A DNA stretch of 64,000 nt from Betaproteobacteria bacterium. GTDB lineage: Bacteria; Pseudomonadota; Gammaproteobacteria; Burkholderiales; CAIKXV01. Position numbers and translations under genes: made by a program. The notes beneath the pieces were generated by a model. It was not told the origin of the DNA and ran no database searches. It saw nothing but the letters and a program-made list of their open reading frames with translations. Positions 54,098-62,469 of this stretch are shown here, piece by piece (positions within the stretch are counted from its first letter, which is position 1; every line of letters begins with the position of its first letter). The stretch spans positions 142,491 through 206,490 of the forward strand of contig CANGYF010000004.1 in NCBI GenBank assembly GCA_947458265.1, in the 5' to 3' direction.

Positions 54098-55105
54098 TCA
54101 TTCAGGCTTGATCCCGGTCTCCTGCGCAACCTTGCGCCAGCGGTTGATCTCGTTGGAAACGAAGCGCTGGAACGCCTCGGCGCTCATGGCCTCCGGCTCC
54201 GCACCCTCGCCGGCGAAGCTCTGCCTGAGCTCGGTGGACTGCAACGCCCTGGCCAGTTCGCTCCCCAGCCGGGCAGTGATCTCGGCCGGCGTCTTCACCG
54301 GAACCACCAGGCCCCACCAGAACTCCGCCATGTAGCCGGGTACGCCGGACTCGGCGATGGTCGGCACCTGCGGCATGAAGCTGCTGCGCTTCTCGCTGGC
54401 CACGCCCAGCGCTCTCATGCGGCCGGCCTGGACCTGGGTCATCGCCGAGGGCAGGCTGGTCATCACCAGCTGGATGTGACCGCCCATCAGGTCGGTCAGC
54501 GCTGGTGCCGCCCCTTTGTACGGCACGTGGATGATGTTGATGCCGGCCATGCGCTTGAACAGTTCCGTGGCCATGTGGTTATGGCTGCCGGTGCCGGTGG
54601 AGCCGTAGTTGATAAGCCCGGGCTTGGATTTCGCCAGCGCGAGGAACTCGCGCACATTCCTCACCGGCAGCGACGGATGCACCACCATCAGCAGCGGACC
54701 GCGCGCCATCATCCCGACATAGGCGAAGTCGGCGATCGGCTCGTAGGGCAGCTTCGGCCGCAGCGCGGCATTGGCGACGAAGGAGGCCTGGATATTGAGC
54801 ATGCTGTAGCCATCGCCGGGCGACCTCGCGACGATCTCGGTACCGACGATGCCGCCGCTGCCCGGACGGTTCTCGACGACGATCTGCTGGCCGAGTCCAG
54901 GGCTCATGGCCTGCGCCGTGATCCGCGACAGCACATCGTTGCTGGCCCCGGGCGGGAAGGGCACGACCAGGCGAATCGGTTTGGCCGGCCAGGCCTGGGC
55001 CTGTGCCTGTGCCTGTGCCTGCACGGGACCGGTGGTGATCGCGTGGAAAGCGGTGGCAAGGATTGCGGCAACAAGCGGGGCACGCAGCCCGGAGCGCATG
55101 AACAT
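54098..55105 (-). CDS. Bug-family (TctC-like) substrate-binding protein
   Basis: 335 aa. The signal peptide ends in a (QA)n run followed by WPAKP, then 'VPFPPGASND'. Confidence 0.9.
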   Translation of the reverse strand: MFMRSGLRAPLVAAILATAFHAITTGPVQAQAQAQAQAWPAKPIRLVVPFPPGASNDVLSRITAQAMSPGLGQQIVVENRPGSGGIVGTEIVARSPGDGYSMLNIQASFVANAALRPKLPYEPIADFAYVGMMARGPLLMVVHPSLPVRNVREFLALAKSKPGLINYGSTGTGSHNHMATELFKRMAGINIIHVPYKGAAPALTDLMGGHIQLVMTSLPSAMTQVQAGRMRALGVASEKRSSFMPQVPTIAESGVPGYMAEFWWGLVVPVKTPAEITARLGSELARALQSTELRQSFAGEGAEPEAMSAEAFQRFVSNEINRWRKVAQETGIKPE

Positions 55106-55122
55106 TGTCGGTCACCTCCACT

Positions 55123-55383
55123 TCAGAGGACGTCGGTTTCGTCGATCGCCTTCTGCACCGCGCTGGCGGTCACCCTGGCCCTCGTTGCGGCTGGCGCCAG
55201 CACCATGAAGCGACCGCTCTGCCGCTTCGGGGACGCCTGCATGATGTCGGCCTGCAGGCCGCGCTCGACCACGCTGCCCGGCAGCCGGGCAAGCGGAATG
55301 TCGTCGCGCTGCGACTGCCGCCGCAGCCGCTCATGCAATGCGTCGCTCAGTTCGATGGTGGTGCGCACGATGATTCTCCACAT
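55123..55383 (-). CDS. ribbon-helix-helix (CopG/VapB-like) antitoxin-like protein, no cognate toxin gene adjacent
   Basis: The N-terminus 'VRTTIELSDALHERLRRQSQRDDIPLARL...VERGL' resembles RHH antitoxins. The C-terminal half is not recognisable. Confidence 0.5.
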   Translation of the reverse strand: MWRIIVRTTIELSDALHERLRRQSQRDDIPLARLPGSVVERGLQADIMQASPKRQSGRFMVLAPAATRARVTASAVQKAIDETDVL

Positions 55384-55414
55384 CAGTGATGCAATGAATC
55401 ATACGGTGCGTCGA

Positions 55415-55510
55415 GAGCCGGGCGCAAACCAGGTTCACCGACACGCCCGAATCGGCCCTTTTCAAGAACCCGATGAGCTGCGCCTCCGAGAACCGCTTCT
55501 TCACGTCCAA
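55415..55510 (-). mobile_element. IS3-family transposase OrfA N-terminal remnant (about 30 codons only)
   Basis: The translation 'KKRFSEAQLIGFLKRADSGVSVNLVCARL' matches the conserved start of IS3-family OrfA (HTH). Similarity ends abruptly and no OrfB follows. Confidence 0.55.
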
Positions 55511-55876
55511 CCTCCTTTTCGGGGCCGGACTCTGAACCTTCATGCTACTGATTCTTGGGGGGCGTCGCTGCCGCTATGCGTAGTTCCGTCCGCAGCAAGG
55601 GCAGGGTTATCGGACGTCGTCGTCGGTTATGTGCAGGCTCACCCGGTGAGCCCGCTCTCAGCCAAGATCCCGCGCTGTGATACGGCCTGATATAGAGGGC
55701 ATCATGGATCTGACAGAAGGCAGGCCCTTCGTGCCTGCGCGAACATGAGTTTCCCGGGCCTTGCGTGGTCATGGCACAGTATGAAAAGACGAACCTGGTC
55801 GCGCTATTGTTGGCGAAGGTCAAGGCACTCTGGACATGTTGCCTACTAGATCGCCCAACCGGCACCGGGGTGCTGG

Positions 55877-56155
55877 GTGATGCAAGCCCGCGTGCGAAAC
55901 GCAGTTCTGGACGACGTGACGGACGAGGATGTCGAAGCGTGCCGGCTGAACGATGACCAGATCCAGGCTATGTCGGGCCAGACGCTCGAGGATGCGCAGA
56001 CTGCCGAGTACCGCAAGGTCGTTGCCTGGTGCGACGAAGTCGACCCGGACTGCACCGCCAAGGACATGGCGGCCGTTCTTTACAGGGCAGTTTGCGAGGA
56101 GGGCGGCAAGGAGATTACCGAGCCGGACCCGATCATCGGCCTGCTGGAGGTGTGA
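55877..56155 (+). CDS. small acidic hypothetical protein (about 91-92 aa)
   Basis: Start is GTG 55877 or ATG 55880. Its stop overlaps the next start (TGATG). No family is recognised. Confidence 0.45.
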   Translation: MMQARVRNAVLDDVTDEDVEACRLNDDQIQAMSGQTLEDAQTAEYRKVVAWCDEVDPDCTAKDMAAVLYRAVCEEGGKEITEPDPIIGLLEV

Positions 56156-56730
56156 TGGGAACCATGGACCGACTTACTTATACATCTGACCGGATTTCCG
56201 AGAGCGTCCGCGACGCAGCGGGCGATGCGGCAGCGCAGTGTGGCTACGACCAGTTCGAGGAGGTGTTGCTCGATTACGTAATCGTCGGCATACGACGGGT
56301 TTCCGCTCGGTCGGTCAAGGATCACTATCCCGAATGGCTGGAGCCGCCGTGTTCGTTTTCGCCTGACGAAATCGTTCGAGTCGACTGGCAAACCTGGGCT
56401 GTGCCCAAGGGCTACGTAAGCGCTTGTAAGGGAGGCGTGATTGCACGCGCCGATTCCATCCTCGTAGCCATCCCGACCCTTTTAGCGCGGGAGGTGTTCA
56501 CCTACGGATTGGGCCCCGAATACAACTGGCTGGAATGGGAAGAAGGCGTTCCCCCGGCAGGCGAGCCAGCGGCGTGCGCTTTCGAGGCGCTTTATGACCT
56601 GATCACCAGCGAATGGCTGGATGATATTTGCTGGGATGCCGACAGGGACCCTCGCTATCTGGATGACCTTCATCCCGACCTTCGGGCGACAGTCGCTAAG
56701 GCGATCGACAACTGCGGCAACCGTTCATGA
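56155..56730 (+). CDS. hypothetical protein (191 aa)
   Basis: ATG 56155 overlaps the preceding stop, and its own stop overlaps the next start (ATGA at 56727-56730). No family is recognised. Confidence 0.55.
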   Translation: MGTMDRLTYTSDRISESVRDAAGDAAAQCGYDQFEEVLLDYVIVGIRRVSARSVKDHYPEWLEPPCSFSPDEIVRVDWQTWAVPKGYVSACKGGVIARADSILVAIPTLLAREVFTYGLGPEYNWLEWEEGVPPAGEPAACAFEALYDLITSEWLDDICWDADRDPRYLDDLHPDLRATVAKAIDNCGNRS

Positions 56731-57512
56731 GCCGTTCGGGCTATCCCCCCTGGGTGGTCTTGCACATTCCGCATGACTCCACCTTCATCCCCGACCAAGT
56801 GCGGCCGCAATTCCTGCTGTCCGAGCAAGATCTCGCGCTCGAGCTTCAGCGCATGACCGATCATTTCACACACGCGCTGTTTGCCGAGCCGTCTGGTGAG
56901 GCTACGGTCATTCGCGCACCGGTCAGTCGCTTGGTGGTCGATGTGGAGCGTTTCGCCGACGACGCGATGGAGCCGATGGCCGCCCGGGGCATGGGGGCCG
57001 TTTACCAAGTTACGTCGCAACTCGCACCGCTTAGACGTCTGCTGCAGCCAGAGGAGCGTGAGGCGCTGATGCGTGAGTGGTATCGGCCTCACCACGAGCG
57101 GCTCGAGTGGTCGGTTGCCAGTGCTGTCGATCGGCACGGGCGTTGCCTTGTGATCGACTGCCACAGCTTCCCCGGGACGGCGCTGCCCTACGAGGACGCA
57201 GATCCTTTCGGTGCCCGACCGGACATCTGCATAGGGACCGATCCGTTCCACACGTCAGACGCGCTGGGGCAGGCCTTCATCGCCGCGTTCGGTTGCGACA
57301 GCTGGCGCGTTACGGTGAACGAACCTTTTGCGGGCGCTCTGGTACCGGCAAGCCGGTATCGTAAAGACCCTCGCGTTGCCGCGGTGATGGTCGAGGTGAA
57401 ACGGGATCTGTATCTCGACCGTTCAAATTTTTGCCCAGACCGACACTTTGATCTGATCGCGACCGAGGTGAAGCGCCGCTGCGTCGAGGCGATTTCGGCG
57501 TGGCAGGGGTGA
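56727..57512 (+). CDS. N-formylglutamate amidohydrolase (FGase)-family protein
   Basis: 261 aa with 'VVLHIPHDSTFIP', 'RLVVDVERF' and 'LVIDCHSFP' motifs characteristic of the FGase family of metal-dependent hydrolases. Confidence 0.75.
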   Translation: MSRSGYPPWVVLHIPHDSTFIPDQVRPQFLLSEQDLALELQRMTDHFTHALFAEPSGEATVIRAPVSRLVVDVERFADDAMEPMAARGMGAVYQVTSQLAPLRRLLQPEEREALMREWYRPHHERLEWSVASAVDRHGRCLVIDCHSFPGTALPYEDADPFGARPDICIGTDPFHTSDALGQAFIAAFGCDSWRVTVNEPFAGALVPASRYRKDPRVAAVMVEVKRDLYLDRSNFCPDRHFDLIATEVKRRCVEAISAWQG

Positions 57513-57730
57513 ATGATCTCTGGCGGACAAAGGCCCGCCAGCTTCATTCCAAACGCTATTGGCCGCTTCCGGGAGTTAAGCGCATCGACCTTCTTCTGTT
57601 TGTCCTAACCCCGTTCCCGAGCATCAGCCCGACATCGGCATACGCCAAACAGGGAAATCTACTTCCCTTTACAGATCAGAGGATTGCTGCACTCTGATGT
57701 GTTGTTCGTGCACTTGGGAGGGGATGCTGC

Positions 57731-57806
57731 TGGCGCCCCGAAGACGAATCGAACGTCCGACCTGCCCCTTAGGAGGGGGCTGCTCTATCCACTGAGCTAC
57801 CGGGGC
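57731..57806 (-). tRNA. tRNA-Arg (anticodon CCU)
   Basis: The minus strand reads GCCCCGG-TA-GCTC-AGTGGATA-GAGC-A-GCCCC-CTCCTAA-GGGGC-AGGTC-GGACG-TTCGATT-CGTCT-TCGGGGC-G-CCA. This is a 76-nt cloverleaf with an encoded CCA and a TTCGA T-loop. Confidence 0.92.
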
Positions 57807-57882
57807 GTGGCCCGGCGCGACCAGCCGGGATCCGGATTCTACCCCGGTCGCGTCGCAGGCATCAGCTACGCGCCAGCCCTTG

Positions 57883-58887
57883 TCAATCCGCCGTGATCTT
57901 CAACCGCTTGATCGTCTCCCCGTACGTGCGCGCGTCTGACCGCACCAGGTCGGCCATCTGCTTCGGCGTGCCGCCCACCGGGTTGATGCCCTGTGCGGTC
58001 AGCTGCCCGCGGATGTCGGTCGAGCGCACCACCTCGGTGGCATCGCGTGCGATCTTCTCGAGCAGGCGCGGGGGCGTGCTCGCTGGTGCATAAAGCGCGA
58101 ACCAGCTCACCACGCGGAAGCCCTTGTAGGTTTCGCCAACGGCGGGCGCCGCCGGGAACTGCGGGTTGCGCTTGACGCCGCCGGTGGCCACCGGGAACAC
58201 GCGGCCGCTGGTGGCGAAGCCCATCGCAGCCGCGGGCGAGACGAACATCGCATCGACGTTGCCGGCCGCGACCTCGGCGGCGCCGGGCGGGCCGCCCTTG
58301 AACGGGACATGCACCATCGACACGCCCAGCAGCTGGTTCAGCTGCTCGAAGCCGAGGTGGTGCACGGTGCCGATGCCGGCCGAGGCGAAGGTGCGCTGCC
58401 CGGGCTGCTTCAGCGCCAGTGCGCGCAGGTCGTCCAGGGTCCGGATGCCCGACTTCGCCGATGCGATCAGCACGTAGTCGGTGTCGGCGAGGTTGACCAC
58501 CGGTGCCAGCGCCTTCTGCGGGTCGATGCTCAGGTTGCGCTGGATCGCTGGTGCGATGACGATCGCGCCTTCCTGCGCGAGCATCAAGGTGTGTCCGTCG
58601 GGTTCGGCCTTGGCGACGATCTCGGCGGCGAGCAGCCCGCCGACGCCGCCGCGGTTGTCGACGATCACCGACTCCTTCCAGGCGTCGGTCAGGCCGCGCG
58701 CAACGATGCGAGCGGCAAGGTCTGCGCCGCTGCCGGCGGTATTGCCGACGATGAAGCGCACCGGCCGGGTCGGGAAGCGCATGTCGTTCGCTGCGGCGCC
58801 CATGGGCACCAGCATCGAGGCCAGGCCGATGGCCAGGGTGCACAGGAGGGCGGCGGCGCGGCGCGTCGGCAGAGGTGCAGCAGGCAT
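57883..58887 (-). CDS. Bug-family (TctC-like) substrate-binding protein
   Basis: 334 aa from ATG 58887, with a signal peptide followed by 'PTRPVRFIVGNTAGSGAD'. The 749-aa track ORF upstream of 58887 overlaps the M1 peptidase gene in another frame. Confidence 0.88.
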   Translation of the reverse strand: MPAAPLPTRRAAALLCTLAIGLASMLVPMGAAANDMRFPTRPVRFIVGNTAGSGADLAARIVARGLTDAWKESVIVDNRGGVGGLLAAEIVAKAEPDGHTLMLAQEGAIVIAPAIQRNLSIDPQKALAPVVNLADTDYVLIASAKSGIRTLDDLRALALKQPGQRTFASAGIGTVHHLGFEQLNQLLGVSMVHVPFKGGPPGAAEVAAGNVDAMFVSPAAAMGFATSGRVFPVATGGVKRNPQFPAAPAVGETYKGFRVVSWFALYAPASTPPRLLEKIARDATEVVRSTDIRGQLTAQGINPVGGTPKQMADLVRSDARTYGETIKRLKITAD

Positions 58888-59003
58888 CGAGGTCTTCAGG
58901 TTCCGAGGGGGCACGAAGGGTAACGTGGCCCTGCGCCCGACTGAACGTCTTTCTCGTAGCATGGATATTCGCGAAACGACTGAGCCAGCCGCAGGGCGGT
59001 GCC

Positions 59004-61121
59004 TCAGGGGGCGACCGGTACTCGCGGGCTCTCGATGCTGCCCACGCCCGAGACGATCGCCCGGCCGCTGCGGAAGCCGACATGGCCCTGCGCGCCGTAG
59101 TGCGGAGCGCGCCGGTGCAGGTCGATCAGCGCGACGGTGTCCTCGACCGAGGCGACGATGCGCGGGGCGCCTGCGCTGCTCCGTGCAGCCCACAGCGCGG
59201 CGTCGGCCTGGCGGGGCAGCGGCGTCGGCCGGATGAGTCGCGGGTCGCGCCGGACGAGGCGGTCGATGTCCTCGTGGCGGCCGATGATCAGCAGCGGCAC
59301 CGCTGCATCGAGCTCGGTGAGGCGGGCAGTTGCGGGCTTCGCGGCCTCGAGCATGCGCGCGGCGAGCTCGGCGGCGGCCGACCGCCAGCCTTCGTCGCCG
59401 TCGCTGGCGACCAGCAGGCGTGCGTCCGGCGCCAGCATGGCATCGCGCAGCAGCGGGGGCGACTCGCCCGGGGCGAGCCTGCGCCAGGCCGCGAAGCCGG
59501 GGTCGAACTGCAGGGCGTCGGGTATCCGGCCCCCGGGTGGCCGCCAGGTCACGCTGCGTTCGCCGCGCCTGAGCTCGAGCGTGGTCGGCTCGGCGCGATC
59601 GCCAGTCCACGCAACGACCGGCAGCCTGAACGCATAGAGCAGGGGCTCGGCGAAGGTCAACCGCACGGTGGCGCCGTCGGGCTCTGCGCGCACCGACTGT
59701 GGCAGCAGCAACGGTGCGCCGGTGCCCGACACCATCGGCTCGAACAGCGCGGCCAGCGACCGCCCAGCGCGTCGCTCGAATGCCGCCTGCAGGTCTTTCC
59801 AGGCCGCGCTGCGCCCGGCGTGGCTGCGCCACAGGTCGCGCAGTGCTTCGTGGAAAGCGGTATCGCCGATCTCGCCGCGTACCATGTGGAACAGCATTGC
59901 CGACTTGCCGTAGCCGACCGCGGAGGCTGCACCGTGCGTGCGTGAGGTGAAGGCCTGCAGCGGCGCATCGCTGCCGGGTGCGATCGCTGCGAAATCGCGC
60001 AGCCAGCTCCAGCGCATCTGGCGTGCGGCGTCCGGAGACTGCGCCGCGCGCAGTGCGTGGTCGGCCATCAGCGTGGTGAGGCCTTCGCTCCAGTTGCCGC
60101 TGCGCCAGTCGGGGCGCACGCCATTGCCCCACCAGTTGTGCAGCACTTCATGCGCGAGCGACTGGCCGCGCATGAACGGCAGGCCGAGCACTGCCTCGCC
60201 GATGTAGGTTGCGCCAGGCAGGCCGAAGCCGGTGGGCAGTGGCGAGGACACGATGCTGAAGCCATCGAACGGGTAGGGGCCGATCTCTCGGTCGTAGCGC
60301 TCGATCGGCGCGGCCGCGGCGGCGAGGTAATCCTGGGCGAGCGGATGTACACCCTCGACGAAGTACGTGCGCAGCCGCACGCTGCGCCCGCCCGGCAGCG
60401 GTAACGGCCGTTCGTCCACCCGGTAGGGCCCTGCCATCAGCGTCACGCCCTCGGTCGGCAGTATCGATTCGTACACCGCGTGCGAGCCGGTGCCGTCCGC
60501 CGATTCGGACACGAGCCGGCCCGGGACGACCGCACGCTGGCCCGAGGGCAGTTCGACGCGCACCCGGTAGTGCACGGGCAGCGTCGTCTCTGGATACCAG
60601 CCTGAGCCGGCCGGCAGGTAGCTGCCTCGGGGCGAGGCCATCGGTGGCAAGGCGCCTATCACGCCGCGATGGTCCAGCGATCGGTCGAGATCGGCCAGTG
60701 GGCCGCGCCAGCGCAGCAGCCAGGTGCGCGTGCCCGGGGCGGCGGCGATGGCGATCACCCGGCGCGTGGTGCCGACTGGTGCGCCGCCCTCCGCCAGCGG
60801 GCGCGGGCGGCCGTCGACCGACAGCGCCTCCAGGGTGAAGCGGCGGTCGAGTGCCAGTTCCAGGGCCACACCGGACGGGATCGTCCAGGTGGCCTCGCCG
60901 CGCAGCAGTCGGGTTGCGGGGTCGAACTGAACGTCGAGTACGACCTGCGGCAGGGCCGCTGTCGACGGGCTGCGTGCGTCTGGCGTGGTGCCGCCGGCGC
61001 TGCGCCCGGGCCTGGCAGCCTCTGCCTCGCGCAGGGCGAAGAGGGGCGTGTGTCGCGGGACCAGACCTGCCATCGCTGTGCCGAGCGCTACCTGCAAGGC
61101 ACGGCGCCGCGCCCGCTTCAT
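59004..61121 (-). CDS. M1-family zinc metallopeptidase (aminopeptidase N-like), secreted
   Basis: 705 aa with the zinc site 'HEVLHNWWGN...NWSEGL' and an N-terminal signal-like segment. Confidence 0.88.
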   Translation of the reverse strand: MKRARRRALQVALGTAMAGLVPRHTPLFALREAEAARPGRSAGGTTPDARSPSTAALPQVVLDVQFDPATRLLRGEATWTIPSGVALELALDRRFTLEALSVDGRPRPLAEGGAPVGTTRRVIAIAAAPGTRTWLLRWRGPLADLDRSLDHRGVIGALPPMASPRGSYLPAGSGWYPETTLPVHYRVRVELPSGQRAVVPGRLVSESADGTGSHAVYESILPTEGVTLMAGPYRVDERPLPLPGGRSVRLRTYFVEGVHPLAQDYLAAAAAPIERYDREIGPYPFDGFSIVSSPLPTGFGLPGATYIGEAVLGLPFMRGQSLAHEVLHNWWGNGVRPDWRSGNWSEGLTTLMADHALRAAQSPDAARQMRWSWLRDFAAIAPGSDAPLQAFTSRTHGAASAVGYGKSAMLFHMVRGEIGDTAFHEALRDLWRSHAGRSAAWKDLQAAFERRAGRSLAALFEPMVSGTGAPLLLPQSVRAEPDGATVRLTFAEPLLYAFRLPVVAWTGDRAEPTTLELRRGERSVTWRPPGGRIPDALQFDPGFAAWRRLAPGESPPLLRDAMLAPDARLLVASDGDEGWRSAAAELAARMLEAAKPATARLTELDAAVPLLIIGRHEDIDRLVRRDPRLIRPTPLPRQADAALWAARSSAGAPRIVASVEDTVALIDLHRRAPHYGAQGHVGFRSGRAIVSGVGSIESPRVPVAP

Positions 61122-62371
61122 GGCGTGCGCGGCGGGAACCGCACCATCACCTCGACCTCGCGGCCGTCGCGCTGCACGACGATCGGCAGGATCGTCCCCG
61201 GCGGCTGCTCGCGGATCGCGGCGGTGACGTCCTCTGCGCCGCGCACCGGCACACCCGCGACGCGCTGGATGCGGTCGCCGGCGCGCAGGCCACTGCGTTC
61301 GGCGAGGCTGTCGCTGCCCACCTTGTCGATGCGCGGCGGTCCGTCTGCGCCGCCGAGCGCCACGCCGAGGCGCGGGCCGGCGGCCACGGGTGCCGCGGCT
61401 GGCAGCACGAACACGGCCTGCGCGAGCGCCGTTGGTGGCTTCGCGCAGTCCTGGCCAGGCGACAGGTCGAACGGCAGCATGGTGTATGGATCGGCAATAC
61501 CCAGCGCGCGCAGCTGGTGCGGTACGCCATGCCCGAACGTCAGGTGACCGCTGCCCATCACGCCGACCACCAGCGAGGCGGCGGACGCACGGGCGCGCTG
61601 GGCCAGCAACTCGGCCATCGCACGATCCCAGGTGAGCTGCGCCTCGAGGAAGCGCATGAAGCGCGCGTCCGCATCGGACGGGCGTGCCGCGCCGGGTGCT
61701 CGCGGCGGCAGGTGCATCTCGAAGGTCTCGCGCAGTTGTGCGACGTAGGCCTCGGGTGCCGGGGCTGCGCGCGTCACGCCCTCGCGCTGGGCCTCGGGCA
61801 CGCTGTCCCAGCCGCCGGCACCGACCTGGCGCACCAGCGTGCGTTCCACGTTCAGCGCGATCATCGGGATACGGTTCAGGCGTGCGAAATGGAACAGCGG
61901 CAGGTAGAGCTGTGGATCGAAACCCCAGACGCGATTCCAGTCCGACGCACGCAGGAACTCCGCCTCCGACAGCTCGCCCGCCACCCAGCGGTCGAGCACC
62001 GGCTGCACCCGGCGCGGGAACATCTCGAAGCCGATCGCCATGTCGGGGCGTCGCGCATGCAGAGCGGCGAGGACCTGCAGTTGCCAGCGATGATGGTCGG
62101 CGCTGTCGTGGTGCTCGCCGATCAGGACGACCCGTCGCTGCGCTGCCTCCGCGATCACCTCGAGCGCCGGACGCGGCTGCAGCGCGTGCACGGGGCTGCC
62201 GGAGGACGTGGTCGCCGCCGGCGACAGCCAGTCGCCCGGCCGGGCACAGCCATCGGCCGCGACACGTGGCAGCGGCTGTGCGCCGCTGGTGCGGGTGGAG
62301 ATCGGCACGGCCAGCGCGACCACCGCCGTCAACGGCAGCAGCAGTGCGAGCAGGGCGGGTCGGGCAGTCAT
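61118..62371 (-). CDS. ChaN/Tiki-superfamily protein fused to a C-terminal PDZ domain
   Basis: 417 aa with a signal peptide. The 'VVLIGEHHDSADHHRWQLQVL' ChaN-type motif is followed by a C-terminal PDZ ('GLRAGDRIQRVAGVPV'). Its stop overlaps the M1 peptidase start by 4 nt. Confidence 0.8.
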   Translation of the reverse strand: MTARPALLALLLPLTAVVALAVPISTRTSGAQPLPRVAADGCARPGDWLSPAATTSSGSPVHALQPRPALEVIAEAAQRRVVLIGEHHDSADHHRWQLQVLAALHARRPDMAIGFEMFPRRVQPVLDRWVAGELSEAEFLRASDWNRVWGFDPQLYLPLFHFARLNRIPMIALNVERTLVRQVGAGGWDSVPEAQREGVTRAAPAPEAYVAQLRETFEMHLPPRAPGAARPSDADARFMRFLEAQLTWDRAMAELLAQRARASAASLVVGVMGSGHLTFGHGVPHQLRALGIADPYTMLPFDLSPGQDCAKPPTALAQAVFVLPAAAPVAAGPRLGVALGGADGPPRIDKVGSDSLAERSGLRAGDRIQRVAGVPVRGAEDVTAAIREQPPGTILPIVVQRDGREVEVMVRFPPRTP

Positions 62372-62469
62372 GGCATAGCCTAGCGCAGGCGCCCGTGCCA
62401 GGCTCTGGCCGGCGCGGTGTTCACTCGGTGCTGGTGGCTGCCGGCGGTAGCCGGACAGCGCGTCGGCGC

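Noticed and set aside
55380-55600. Direct repeat of the tRNA-Arg 3' end (att site) at the distal edge of the islet
   Set aside because: Only short, imperfect resemblances were found (ACGCCCGAATCGG at about 55443, and GATTCTTGGGGGGCG at about 55549 in the wrong orientation). They fall within the IS remnant coding or are too degenerate, so no convincing att repeat and no integrase were found.
55765-55956. 63-aa ORF upstream of and overlapping the small acidic protein gene
   Set aside because: It has no RBS and overlaps the better-supported 55877-56155 frame. Its C-terminal half is Arg/Gly-rich, and it is probably spurious.
57883-60132. 749-aa reading of the Bug gene extending upstream to 60132
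   Set aside because: Bug homology and the signal peptide begin at ATG 58887. The extension overlaps the M1 peptidase gene (59004-61121) in a different frame and is Arg/Pro/Ala-rich.
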